Positions 43,309-52,892 of a DNA stretch of 64,000 bases are shown piece by piece; position 1 is the stretch's first letter, and each line of letters begins with the position of its first letter. The translations under genes and the position numbers were made by a program. The notes beneath the pieces are model-generated. The model was not told where the DNA came from. It saw nothing but the letters and a program-made list of their open reading frames with translations, and searched no databases. The DNA comes from Candidatus Omnitrophota bacterium (GTDB lineage: Bacteria > Omnitrophota > Gorgyraeia > Pluralincolimonadales > Pluralincolimonadaceae). The stretch covers positions 8,307 through 72,306 of the forward strand of contig PLNR01000009.1 in the NCBI GenBank assembly GCA_003141835.1. The letters are read 5' to 3'.

Positions 43309-45978
43309 TCAGGCCGCCTCCAGCCAGTTCTTCCCCGCTTTTACCTGGACCTTGACCGGGACGGTAAGCTTTATGACCTCTTCCATCCCTTTCCTAACTA
43401 TCTTCTTCATCTCGTCGGCCTCAGCATCCGGGACCTCAAAGACCAGCTCGTCGTGCACCTGTAGTATCATCTTTGAGGCAAGCTTCTTCTCCTTCAGGAT
43501 ATTATGTATGTTTATCATGGCTATTTTTATGAGGTCGGCGGCCGAGCCCTGTATCGGGGCGTTTATGGCTGCCCTCTCGGCGAATTGCCTCACGGAATTA
43601 TTCTGGCTGTTTATCTCCGGCAGGTATCTCCTGCGGTTCAATATGGTCGTAACATAGCCGTTCTCCCTCGCCTCGTCAACGAGGTCCCCGAGGAACGTCT
43701 TTACGCGGCCGTATTTTTCGAAATAGGCGTCTATGAATTCCTTCGCCTTCGATACCTCTATCTTCAGTTCTTTGGAAAGGCCGAACGGGCTCATGCCGTA
43801 GATGATCCCGAAGTTGACCGTCTTCGCTATCGAGCGCATCTCCTGGGTGACTTCGCTCTCCTTGACGCCGAAGATGAGCGATGCCGTATGCGTGTGGATA
43901 TCGCGGTCGTTCTCAAAGGCCTCAAGCAGTTCCTTGTCCTGCGAGAAATGCGCGAGTATCCTCAGCTCTATCTGGGAATAATCGGCCGACATGATAACCC
44001 ATCCCTTTTCCCCCGGGATGAACGCCTTCCTTATCTGCCTTCCCGTCTCGGTCTTTATCGGTATATTCTGGAAATTAGGATCGGAAGAGCTTAGCCTTCC
44101 CGTCGCCGTGACCGTCTGGTTGAACGAAGTGTGCACCCGGCCCGACCTCGGGTTGATAAGCTTGGGCAGCGCGTCCACGTACGTCGATTTCAATTTCGAG
44201 ATCTCCCTGTATTTCAGCAGCAGAGCCGGCAGCGCGTGGACCGCCGAAAGCGCCTCGAGGACCTCGACATCTGTCGAATGGCCGGTCTTGGTCTTCTTTA
44301 CGACGGGAAGCTTCATCTTCACGAATAATATCTCGGATAATTGTTTCGGCGAATTTATGTTAAACTCGGTCCCGGCGATCTCATAGATCTCGGAGGTCGT
44401 CTTCTCGAGCAGCTTCTCCATCTCTTTCGACATCTTAGCCAGGTAATCCACGTCTATGGCCACTCCGGTCAACTCCATGGAGGCCAAGCAGCCGAGCAGC
44501 GGCATCTCGACCTCGTGGAAAAGCTTGGCCAGGTTCTTCTCCTCGAGCTGGGCTTCGAGGACGTTCTTTAGCCTGAAGGCCGCGTCTGAGTCCTGGCAGC
44601 AGTAATCCTTTATCTTTTCTATCTCCACTTCCTTCATCGTTATCTTCTTCTTGCCTTCGCCTATGAGGTCGGTTATCGGCGTTTTTTTGAAGCTAAGGTA
44701 TTCCAGTGTTATGTCCTCGAGGTTATGGTTAAATTTCGAGGGGTTTAGCAGGTACGAAGCGACCATCGTATCGAAGACCGGCCCTTCCATGTTGATGCCG
44801 TTCACCGCGAGCAGGAGCTGTTCATATTTGATGTTCTGCCCTATCTTAAGCTTCCTCGTGTCTTCCAGAACAGGCTTGAGCTTCTTGAAAAGGGCTTCTT
44901 TGCCGAAACCTCCTTTAACGTCCCCTATCGGCACGTAATCCGCGGAGCCTTCTTCCCGGCAGAAAGATATACCCACCGGCTCGCATGAAAGGGGATCTGT
45001 CCCGGTAGTCTCGAAATCCAGCGCGAATCCCTTGCTGCCGGCCAATTTCTCCACAAGGCCGTCAAGCGCGGCCTCATCCTCTATTAGGCGGTATTTCCCG
45101 GTAAGCTGCTTCCCCGGGCCGGAAAGATCCTTGAGCAGGCGCTTGAACTCAAACTCGTTGAATAATTCGTAGAGCCTGGCGCTGTCCGGCTCCTTTACCT
45201 TAAGTTCGTCGAAATCTATTTTTATAGGGACATCCCTGTCCACGGTAGCGAGCTCCTTGCTTAATATCGCCTGGTCCCTGTATTCGGTAAGCTTTTTGCG
45301 CAGGCTCTCGGATTTTATCTTATCCCCGGCCGAAAGGACCTTATCGAGGCTGCCGAAATCCTCCATCAGCTTCTTCGCGGTGACCTCGCCTATACCGGTG
45401 ACGCCGGGTATATTATCCGAAGAATCTCCCATGAGCGCGATCAGGTCGACCATACCTTCCGGCGGGACGCCGTAGCGTTCTTTCACCTTATCCTTGTCGT
45501 AGATGAGCCCTTCCTTGTGGACGTTATACACTTTTATGCGCGGCCCGACGAGCTGGAGCATGTCCTTATCGCCGGTCACGATGTAGACCTCATATCCCTT
45601 CTCCGCCGCCTTTACCGCCAGCGTCGCCAGGACGTCGTCTGCCTCATAGCCCTGCATCTCGAAGAGCTGGATATTATAACCCCTGACCACTTCCTTTATA
45701 AGCGGCATCTGGTCGACCAGTTCGTCCGGCATCGGCTTCCTGTGGATCTTGTATTCCTCGAACTTCTTATGCCGAAACGTCGGCCCTTTGAGGTCAAACG
45801 CTATAGCCAGGTATCCGGGCTTCTCGTCCTCGATCAATTTCTTGATCATGGTTATGAACCCGTATATCGCGTTCGTCGGCTGGCCTTTTGAGTTCGTGAG
45901 GCTGCGGATAGCGTAGAATGCCCTATAGCAGAATGAATTACCGTCTATTAAGAAAAGGCGATCTGGATTTTCCGTCAT
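43309..45978 (-). CDS. polA: DNA polymerase I
   Basis: 5'-3' exonuclease (LIDG, EADD, GDSSDNIPGV), 3'-5' exonuclease DFETTG, polymerase motifs ADYSQIELR, KTVNFGIIYG, QVHDELV. Confidence 0.98.
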   Translation of the reverse strand: MTENPDRLFLIDGNSFCYRAFYAIRSLTNSKGQPTNAIYGFITMIKKLIEDEKPGYLAIAFDLKGPTFRHKKFEEYKIHRKPMPDELVDQMPLIKEVVRGYNIQLFEMQGYEADDVLATLAVKAAEKGYEVYIVTGDKDMLQLVGPRIKVYNVHKEGLIYDKDKVKERYGVPPEGMVDLIALMGDSSDNIPGVTGIGEVTAKKLMEDFGSLDKVLSAGDKIKSESLRKKLTEYRDQAILSKELATVDRDVPIKIDFDELKVKEPDSARLYELFNEFEFKRLLKDLSGPGKQLTGKYRLIEDEAALDGLVEKLAGSKGFALDFETTGTDPLSCEPVGISFCREEGSADYVPIGDVKGGFGKEALFKKLKPVLEDTRKLKIGQNIKYEQLLLAVNGINMEGPVFDTMVASYLLNPSKFNHNLEDITLEYLSFKKTPITDLIGEGKKKITMKEVEIEKIKDYCCQDSDAAFRLKNVLEAQLEEKNLAKLFHEVEMPLLGCLASMELTGVAIDVDYLAKMSKEMEKLLEKTTSEIYEIAGTEFNINSPKQLSEILFVKMKLPVVKKTKTGHSTDVEVLEALSAVHALPALLLKYREISKLKSTYVDALPKLINPRSGRVHTSFNQTVTATGRLSSSDPNFQNIPIKTETGRQIRKAFIPGEKGWVIMSADYSQIELRILAHFSQDKELLEAFENDRDIHTHTASLIFGVKESEVTQEMRSIAKTVNFGIIYGMSPFGLSKELKIEVSKAKEFIDAYFEKYGRVKTFLGDLVDEARENGYVTTILNRRRYLPEINSQNNSVRQFAERAAINAPIQGSAADLIKIAMINIHNILKEKKLASKMILQVHDELVFEVPDAEADEMKKIVRKGMEEVIKLTVPVKVQVKAGKNWLEAA

Positions 45979-46036
45979 TAGTATAATTTTTTACGGGGAA
46001 AAATGAAAAAGGCGTGGTCTTTCCGGATTATTCTTC

Positions 46037-46363
46037 CTATTCCTTGATCTTTACGGCCGTCCCATAGGCATATACGTAGCCGCTGTAGGTGAAATACTGT
46101 ATGCCTATCACGGCATCGGCCCCCAATTCCTTTCCCGCGTCCTTAAGCTTGCTGTTTAGGGCGTCGAGATTCACTTCGCCGCCGCGGATCGAGACGATCC
46201 CTATGACCTTATAGGAATCTTTTATGTCCGCGGTGGTGAGGACAATGTCCTTCTGTTTGGCACTCTTTGTAATCATGGTAGAAGTAGGGGGCTGGGCCAT
46301 CACGGTTGACGATAATATGATAGCGCATAAAAGGACGGATATCAGTAATATTGTGCGTTTCAT
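46037..46363 (-). CDS. Secreted YbjQ-like (heavy-metal-binding/DUF74) small protein
   Basis: Signal peptide; LTTADI..YKVIGIV...GKELGADAVIGI...YAYGTAVK; ATGA overlap with the upstream secretin stop. Confidence 0.7.
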   Translation of the reverse strand: MKRTILLISVLLCAIILSSTVMAQPPTSTMITKSAKQKDIVLTTADIKDSYKVIGIVSIRGGEVNLDALNSKLKDAGKELGADAVIGIQYFTYSGYVYAYGTAVKIKE

Positions 46364-47475
46364 AACACCGGTTCTCCTCTTGAGTCCAATATCGTGGCTG
46401 TCAGGAAGATCAACAGGTTCTTCTTGGTCTTATCCGTATGGTCGGTCGTAAATAAATATTTGCCTATGACGGGTATATCGCCCAGGAAGGGGATCTTCCT
46501 TTTTGTGACCTTTTCATCTTCCCTTATCAATCCGCCCAGGACAACGGTCTCTCCGCTCTTTACGACTACCGACGTCTGCGTAGTCCTCGTGTCGATGACC
46601 GGGTACCCTAAATCCGCGGGAAAGTCTGCCGAAGCGGAGATCGGGATCTGGTCGACCAGGACGCTAACCTCCGGGTGTATATCCATAGTGACCACTTTAT
46701 TGTCGCCGCCGACCGAAGGCGTGACTTCAAGGGATATCCCCGTGACCTTTTCCGCGACTTTGTATATCTCTACCATGACCGGCAAATCTGCGGTCCCGAT
46801 GTTCGTCCTCGTAAAATCAGACGCGTAAGGGACTATGTTGGCCACCTGGATGTTCGCCATCTGTCCCGACAATGTAGTGACCGAAGGCGAAGACAAGAGG
46901 CTGGCTTTTCCCTCTTCGATAAGCGCCTTTATATACGCCCTGTATATATCTCCCGAGTTTGTCATCCTTCCGATAGTCAAACCCAGTCCTGAAGTCTCGT
47001 TTGCCTGGCCGAATAAAGCTGCGGCGGTCTGGTCTTCGCTTATCGACCCGCTGTTAACCTCGCCACCGAAATTGCTCCAGTGGCCGTTCTTATCCATGGG
47101 GTATCTTTGCGCTTTATGGATCTCCCATTGGACGCCCAGTTCCTGCAGATTTGTGACCTGGATCTCCACAAACCTCGCTTGTATCTTTACCTGGGTAGGC
47201 CCGGTATCCCATAATTTGACCAGGTCCTTGGCCATCGACTGGTTGGTCGGGGTATCGGTAACGGTAAGCACGCCGGTTATCCCGTCATAAACGATCTTCC
47301 TCTCCGGATTTTCAGGTAAAGCCTCTTGCAGGTATTGCTCGATACCGGAACCCTCTCCGCCGGATGACGCCTCGGCATCGGCCGCCGCAAAGACCGGCCC
47401 GGATGCCAGTGAAAGAAGGATAACTGCGGAGTATAAGATTATCGATCTCAAAGAAATGCCGTATTTATATTTCAT
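46360..47475 (-). CDS. Short secretin (signal peptide, N3 and secretin domain), paralog B
   Basis: LTVTDTPTN (N3), QVKIQARFVEI, ELGVQW, LLSSPSVTTLSGQ, TGISLEVTP, GETVVLGGL, KIPFLGDIP, LLIFLTA. Confidence 0.9.
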   Translation of the reverse strand: MKYKYGISLRSIILYSAVILLSLASGPVFAAADAEASSGGEGSGIEQYLQEALPENPERKIVYDGITGVLTVTDTPTNQSMAKDLVKLWDTGPTQVKIQARFVEIQVTNLQELGVQWEIHKAQRYPMDKNGHWSNFGGEVNSGSISEDQTAAALFGQANETSGLGLTIGRMTNSGDIYRAYIKALIEEGKASLLSSPSVTTLSGQMANIQVANIVPYASDFTRTNIGTADLPVMVEIYKVAEKVTGISLEVTPSVGGDNKVVTMDIHPEVSVLVDQIPISASADFPADLGYPVIDTRTTQTSVVVKSGETVVLGGLIREDEKVTKRKIPFLGDIPVIGKYLFTTDHTDKTKKNLLIFLTATILDSRGEPVL

Positions 47476-48596
47476 CTTATAGCCTCGCCTTTCGAGTCAA
47501 TGATGCTCGCCGTAATGAATATAAGCAGGTTTGTCTTGGTCTGGTTTTTGTAATCATACCGGAAAGCCTGCCCGAGCAAGGGGATGTCCCCCAGGACCGG
47601 GATCTTCCTCTTCGTCACGGTCTCGCTGTCCTTGATCAACCCGCCGAGCACTATCGTCGCCCCGCTGTCAACCGAAACGCTCGTCTGGGTGGTCCTCACG
47701 TCCACAACAGGCCAGCCTAACGCAGCCGGTATGACTTTTACCGAGGTGGTAGAAGTTACGTTGCCGAGATTACCGGTTTGGCCGCTCGTATTTAAGTTCG
47801 AGATGGGCACCTGGTTCCGCAGGACGCTTACTTCGGGATGCAAGTCCAGCGTTATGGTATTCGAACCCTCTGTCACATAAGGGGTCGCTTCAAGGAATAT
47901 ACCTATCGGTTTTTCGGCAAGCGTCAATTTATAAGTCCAGATAGGGAACTCAGCCGTTCCTATGTTCTCAAGAGTGAAATCCGAAACATACGGATAGGTC
48001 CTAACCACCTGTATGTTCGCCATCTGTCCGGAGATCGTGGTGATCTTGGGAGCGGAAAGGAGGTTCGCCTTCCCCTGCTGCTCTAAAAACCTGAGGTTCG
48101 CGATATACTGTTCGCCGTTTGCCAGGACTTTGGATATCAAAAGCTGTCCGGCGAAATTCCCTGTCACAGGGAACGTGGAAAGGAGATCGTTGTTCCAGTG
48201 TACGTTCTGGTAGTTTTGATGTCCGGGGGAGCCGATAGTGAACCCGCTATTGTTGCCGTTGGCGTTTGCCGGATGGAAAAAATCCCATTCTATGCCGAGC
48301 TCGTCCAGATCGTTGACCGAGATCTCCACGAACCGCGTCTCGATCATTACCTGTTTGGGGCCGACCTCGAACTCCTTTATCAGCCTCTTTATGAGCTCCT
48401 GGTTATCCTTGGTATCCGTGACGGTCAGGAGTTTGCTGCTGTCGTTATAGGTTATCTTCCTGCCATCTTGGCTGGGGAGGCTTTGCTCAAGATACTGTTT
48501 AATGTCGCGGCTGCCGCCGTCATCAGCCGCAAAGACCGCAACAGCCGGGATCGCCAAAAAGACCGATAACGCTGCCGCGATAAGTTTTCTTGTCAT
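47472..48596 (-). CDS. Short secretin (signal peptide, N3 and secretin domain), paralog A
   Basis: LTVTDTKDN, QVMIETRFVEI, ELGIEW, LLSAPKITTISGQ, GIFLEATP, GATIVLGGL, KIPVLGDIP, LLIFITA. Confidence 0.9.
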   Translation of the reverse strand: MTRKLIAAALSVFLAIPAVAVFAADDGGSRDIKQYLEQSLPSQDGRKITYNDSSKLLTVTDTKDNQELIKRLIKEFEVGPKQVMIETRFVEISVNDLDELGIEWDFFHPANANGNNSGFTIGSPGHQNYQNVHWNNDLLSTFPVTGNFAGQLLISKVLANGEQYIANLRFLEQQGKANLLSAPKITTISGQMANIQVVRTYPYVSDFTLENIGTAEFPIWTYKLTLAEKPIGIFLEATPYVTEGSNTITLDLHPEVSVLRNQVPISNLNTSGQTGNLGNVTSTTSVKVIPAALGWPVVDVRTTQTSVSVDSGATIVLGGLIKDSETVTKRKIPVLGDIPLLGQAFRYDYKNQTKTNLLIFITASIIDSKGEAIR

Positions 48597-49729
48597 TTCT
48601 TCTCTTTCGTTTCGGAGGTAGCCCCGAATTCCATCGGCGGTTTGATAGAATGGGTCGAACGCTGCCCGTATTTGAGTTTGTATGTCCTCGTGACAAGATC
48701 TTCCTTCTCTCTATTTGCCCTACTCGTCACATAAACGTAATTCGTCTCGACCTTATAAGCGAGCTGTGTGGTCTTGAATGCGATGTCGAGGACATCGAGC
48801 AAAGGCATCGGGGAAACGGTACTTATCGTGATCTTCATCGGCTGCTCTTTGGTAAGGGCCGCCAAAGATTTCTCGTCTATGACGATCGTTACGCCGGTCA
48901 TTTCGGTCAGCTGGCGGATAAGGTCCTGGACGTCGGCGTCGGTAACGGATATGGCCGGGACGATAACGCTCGCCATCTTCTCCTGGAGCTTCTTCCTTGC
49001 CTCCGCGTCGAGCCTTTCCTGCTCCGGGATCACCTCTTCGATCACCATCTCTTCCTTACTGGTCTTCTCAGGAGGCAGCCATCCCCTATCCACATCAAGG
49101 AGCGCCTTCTGTTCGGATGTATCTTTCTCCTCGTTGGTGACGTGCCTGTCTTTTACGACGTACTTGCGTTCTTCCTTGGTAACTTTTTCCCTGGTCGATA
49201 ATCCATCGGCCTGCTGCGCCTTGGCCAGCCACGCCTGCGCTTCCTGGTCGTTAGGATTGGCCGCGAGGGCGCTCTCAAAATCCGCTATTGCCGCGGAATA
49301 TTCTTTGCTCACGTAATTCGCTTTTCCGCGCTTGACCATAGAGCCGGTTATCGTCTCCGGGACGGTCGAAACTATCCCTTCCTTGCATAATTGGACATAA
49401 TGTACGGCTTGTTTATTCTTGGGGTCTATCTGGACTATCTTTTCGAAGATCTGCTGTGCGGTTTCGAAATTTTTAGCATCGTATTCGGCCTTGGCCTGGT
49501 TGAAGAGGTCCGTAACGATGGATTTGTGTTCGGCTTTCTTTTCCTTGGCCAGGTCCTGGGCTATTAACCTTGCCTCGACCGAATCTCCGGCCGAGCCCGA
49601 ATCGCCCACGGCGTAAACCTTGGCGCAAAAACCGTTACATAATGAGATAATAAAGAACAAACCAAAAGCCAAAAAGATGCAAACAAAGAACCTGCCTGCT
49701 GTTCTTTTAACCTCATTGGTTATACTCAT
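48593..49729 (-). CDS. TPR + STN/N0 protein resembling the N-terminal half of a secretin
   Basis: Signal/TM; two TPRs (IDPKNKQA, ANPNDQEA); ISVTDADVQDLIRQL...GVTIVID...LLDVLD...LAYKVE..YVYVT...LVTRTYKL N0-like domain; no secretin barrel. Confidence 0.7.
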   Translation of the reverse strand: MSITNEVKRTAGRFFVCIFLAFGLFFIISLCNGFCAKVYAVGDSGSAGDSVEARLIAQDLAKEKKAEHKSIVTDLFNQAKAEYDAKNFETAQQIFEKIVQIDPKNKQAVHYVQLCKEGIVSTVPETITGSMVKRGKANYVSKEYSAAIADFESALAANPNDQEAQAWLAKAQQADGLSTREKVTKEERKYVVKDRHVTNEEKDTSEQKALLDVDRGWLPPEKTSKEEMVIEEVIPEQERLDAEARKKLQEKMASVIVPAISVTDADVQDLIRQLTEMTGVTIVIDEKSLAALTKEQPMKITISTVSPMPLLDVLDIAFKTTQLAYKVETNYVYVTSRANREKEDLVTRTYKLKYGQRSTHSIKPPMEFGATSETKEKK

Positions 49730-49734
49730 TTATA

Positions 49735-50409
49735 TCATCTCCCCTTTGTTATGACCCACTCTTTATTTTGGCCGTATAATACCACAGAATCAGTTTTTAT
49801 GTCAAGAACTTTATACTCTCCGACCATCTCATCCTTCTTTACCTCAATATCCCTATTATTCATTGAGTCGTGCAGCGTTACGACCAATTCCCTGCCCTTT
49901 GCGACCTTCTTATATTCGAGGGTAATCTGGCCGTCCTTGTTTTCTATCTTGAGAATCTTGCTATTGATCTCGATCACCTTAAAATCCTTGAACTTATCCC
50001 CCTTCTTTACGAAATATGTCTTGCCTGACCAGTTGATCTGGCCTATTATCGTCCCGTCTGACCTCGCGATAAAACCGTTGTACATAAAAGGAAGCGGAAC
50101 GTAGGAGACGGATGTTATACTTAGCTTTTCAGGTGTAAAGACCGGCGGCGGAGTTTCGGGCTTTATGAACATATTCTTGTCGAAAAGCGGCTGGTATCTC
50201 GAGATCGTATAAGGCGATTTAAGCAAATTCTCCGCATACAATAATGAATCGGGAGCGACGTTTGGCTCTTCTTTGGGCTGCGCAGCCCCCTTGCCTTCTT
50301 CGGATTGGAACGGGATCTGCTTCGGTTCAAAGACCGAAGACGATTTCCACATCACGAATAGCCATAAGATGAACGCGACTGCTGCTATTATCCTGGCTGG
50401 GCCTTTCAT
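49735..50409 (-). CDS. PilP/GspC-like (Amuc_1099-like) membrane protein
   Basis: N-terminal TM, Pro-rich linker, two small beta domains (FVKKGD.F..FKVIEI; VKKDEMVGEYKVLDI); lies between the PilO-like gene and the secretin genes. Confidence 0.6.
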   Translation of the reverse strand: MKGPARIIAAVAFILWLFVMWKSSSVFEPKQIPFQSEEGKGAAQPKEEPNVAPDSLLYAENLLKSPYTISRYQPLFDKNMFIKPETPPPVFTPEKLSITSVSYVPLPFMYNGFIARSDGTIIGQINWSGKTYFVKKGDKFKDFKVIEINSKILKIENKDGQITLEYKKVAKGRELVVTLHDSMNNRDIEVKKDEMVGEYKVLDIKTDSVVLYGQNKEWVITKGR

Positions 50410-51161
50410 GTCTTCTCCGCGGGCAGTATTGCGGCAACTATGACCAGCTCCGCAGTCAGGTCGCCGGGGGCCACGGCTTCCTCGTTAGAAACTTTTATTT
50501 TGAACGAATCTATCCTGAAAGGCATATCCGCGACGCTCAACTTCTGTATAAAATTGACCAGGTTGTCGTTCTTGCATTTCAGGACCACCCTGACCGGGAA
50601 CTCCATATAAAGGCCGCTCTCCGCCGATACCTTCTTGACTTCAAGGAATTCGACGGTAGATATCTCAGGCACCTTCGAGGCCAGCGCTATATTACCGACC
50701 TCCCCTATGATATCGAGCTGCTTGACCCTGAACGGGAGGTCTGCAGCATTCGGTATGTCATGTTCGTACCTGTCGAAACCGAGCCAGAACGGGAATTGGA
50801 AATTTATGGAGGCGCCGTCCTCTTTCATCTTATTCTGGACCTTGTATAATTCTTCCTTGAATTTAAGCGGGTCGCCGGCCTCCTTCGCCATCCTGGAAAC
50901 CGGTTTAGAGAAAAGTATGCCGCTTATATCCTTGTCGGCCTCACGCAGGGAATTGAGCTGCCTTTGGAGCCGGTTCTTCTCGCTGTTCAGGAAAGCGAAG
51001 CCCTGGTTCTTATAAACCTTGAGCTGCTGCTGTTTCTGCTCGACAGCGTGTTCGATCCTCAATCTCTCATACACGACGATCCCCAGGAAAAGGAAAGAGA
51101 CCAGGATGACCGCGCCCAGCGTAACTTTAGTAGTAAGCGATTCGCTCATGCCTTTTGGCAT
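50406..51161 (-). CDS. PilO-like (Amuc_1100-like) protein
   Basis: N-terminal TM, coiled coil, FWLGFDRYEHDIP motif, C-terminal ferredoxin-like LYMEFPVRV...LVNFIQKL...FRID; follows pilM-pilN. Confidence 0.65.
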   Translation of the reverse strand: MPKGMSESLTTKVTLGAVILVSFLFLGIVVYERLRIEHAVEQKQQQLKVYKNQGFAFLNSEKNRLQRQLNSLREADKDISGILFSKPVSRMAKEAGDPLKFKEELYKVQNKMKEDGASINFQFPFWLGFDRYEHDIPNAADLPFRVKQLDIIGEVGNIALASKVPEISTVEFLEVKKVSAESGLYMEFPVRVVLKCKNDNLVNFIQKLSVADMPFRIDSFKIKVSNEEAVAPGDLTAELVIVAAILPAEKT

Positions 51162-51164
51162 CTT

Positions 51165-52811
51165 TTATTTCTTGCCTTTCGTTTCGCTCTTCTCGACCTT
51201 CGGGGCCGGCGCGTCGCCCTGCCCCTTTAGTTTGAACTTTATGGAAAAATCCCTGTACTGTCCCGCGCCTTCTTCCGTCTCGCGCGGCAGGCTCGCGTAA
51301 ATTATCTCCACCGAATCGAATAACGGCGATGCGGCGAGCTTGTTCTTGAACTCATTGATGGTCAGGAGGCTTGATGTCGTCCTGCCTTCCAGCTGGAAAA
51401 GGTCCTTGTCCTTGGAGATCGATGTCAACCAGGTCTCCTCCGGCAGGAGTTTCCTTATCTCCAATATCGCCTCGAGCGAGATGCTTTTCTTCACGGCGAG
51501 GCTCTCAAAAGGCTTGAGCTTGGCTTCGCTGGATTTTATGTCTTCCTTAAGCTTGGCTATATCCTTGTTGACGTTCTCATAATCCGACAAAAGCGAATCC
51601 AGGAATGTCAATTCCTTCCTCAGGGTCGATGACTGGAACCAGATATTATACGCTATCGTTATCGGTATAACGGCTATGAGGAGGCCGGCCGAGATTATCC
51701 AGAACTTCTCTTTCTTGAAATCCCTCTCTTCCTTCCTTTCGACCGGCAGCAGGTCTATATTGGTCGGGCACTTCTGGAGCAGGCGCAGCGCCAGGCCGAT
51801 CGAGGAGCCGAAGCGGGTCTGGAAATCTATATCCACCCTGAGGGCAGACGGGCATTTTATCTTTTGGCCGAGGTTGGCGCGCCTTATCTGCATGCCCAGC
51901 CCCTTCGACAGGAAATCCTCTATACCCTTGAGCTTCGATCCGCCGCCGGATAATATGATCTCATTGAAGGCGGTATCGCGGGCATGCTTGGTTTTGTAGA
52001 ATTCCATCGACTGGATGACGGACGACACGAGGTCGGAGACGACCGGGTTCAGGGCATTGATGAGGTCTTTGCCGGCCGGGGTGATGCTCGAGGGAACGAG
52101 GCTGTCCGAGGCGACTACCATCCCCTCCTTGCGCTTAAGCTCTTCCGCCTTATCGAAAGGTATGTTCAACTTCGAGGCGATCGCATGGGTCATCTCGTCG
52201 CCGGCGATGAGTATCGAACGGACCCAGAACCCCTTGTCCGAGATCACGATAAGGTTGGTCGCCTTGGCACCTATATCCAGGATCAGCCCCTTGCCGAGAG
52301 GCTCATTGTAAGTCACGGCGTTGAGCAGGGCCAGCGGGCTTACATCGACGAACTCTATATCCAGGTTGGTCCTCGCCACGTACGAGAGCGTGGTCTCTAC
52401 GATCTCTTTTTTCGCGGCGACGAAAAGGACATCCTCTTCCGGGCCCGCGCCGGCGCGGAAGATCTGGTGGTCCCAGCTTATCTTATCGAGGGGGAACGGG
52501 ATCTGCTGCTGGGCTTCGTATTTTATTATCTTGTCTATCTTGCCTTGCTGTATCTTGGGGAGCTTGAGGAAGCGGATGAACACCGACTGGCCCGAGAGGG
52601 AGAGCGCCAGCCTGCCGGCTTTTATCTTTTCTGTTTTCAGCAACCCCTCTACGCCGTCCCTTACCAGCGTGTCCCTTTTTTCCTGGTCGGCGTATTGGGT
52701 CAAATCAAAAAATTTCGCCCGAATAAGCTGGATGCCCTCGGGTGTCTTTTCCAGCTCGACGAGCTTAATCGAGCCTGCGCCTATATCGATGCCTAGAGCA
52801 CGTTTTCCCAT
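51165..52811 (-). CDS. pilM: PilM-PilN fusion (type IV pilus alignment complex)
   Basis: LGIDIG..SIKLVEL, YEAQQQIPF, LDIGAKAT, LSGGGS, IGLALR (PilM), then IDLLP, a TM helix and LP..TWLTSI..LEG (PilN). Confidence 0.88.
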   Translation of the reverse strand: MGKRALGIDIGAGSIKLVELEKTPEGIQLIRAKFFDLTQYADQEKRDTLVRDGVEGLLKTEKIKAGRLALSLSGQSVFIRFLKLPKIQQGKIDKIIKYEAQQQIPFPLDKISWDHQIFRAGAGPEEDVLFVAAKKEIVETTLSYVARTNLDIEFVDVSPLALLNAVTYNEPLGKGLILDIGAKATNLIVISDKGFWVRSILIAGDEMTHAIASKLNIPFDKAEELKRKEGMVVASDSLVPSSITPAGKDLINALNPVVSDLVSSVIQSMEFYKTKHARDTAFNEIILSGGGSKLKGIEDFLSKGLGMQIRRANLGQKIKCPSALRVDIDFQTRFGSSIGLALRLLQKCPTNIDLLPVERKEERDFKKEKFWIISAGLLIAVIPITIAYNIWFQSSTLRKELTFLDSLLSDYENVNKDIAKLKEDIKSSEAKLKPFESLAVKKSISLEAILEIRKLLPEETWLTSISKDKDLFQLEGRTTSSLLTINEFKNKLAASPLFDSVEIIYASLPRETEEGAGQYRDFSIKFKLKGQGDAPAPKVEKSETKGKK

Positions 52812-52823
52812 ATAGTTATGTAT

Positions 52824-52852
52824 ATTTTATAGGATTAAACAAATGTTGTCAA
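52824..52852 (-). promoter_or_regulatory. Sigma70 promoter upstream of pilM
   Basis: Minus strand TTGACA-N17-TAAAAT, ending 12 nt before the ATG. Confidence 0.7.
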
Positions 52853-52892
52853 TTATTTCTTTTCAAAAAGCAAAAAAATACGAATCCGCTGT

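Noticed and set aside
45979-46010. TATACT -10 box upstream of polA
   Set aside because: It ends 1 nt before the ATG, so a transcript from it would miss the start codon; no convincing -35.
48590-48600. Sequencing frameshift or pseudogene explaining the split secretin
   Set aside because: The downstream ORFs have their own signal peptides and ATGA translational coupling, and the same architecture appears in both paralogs.
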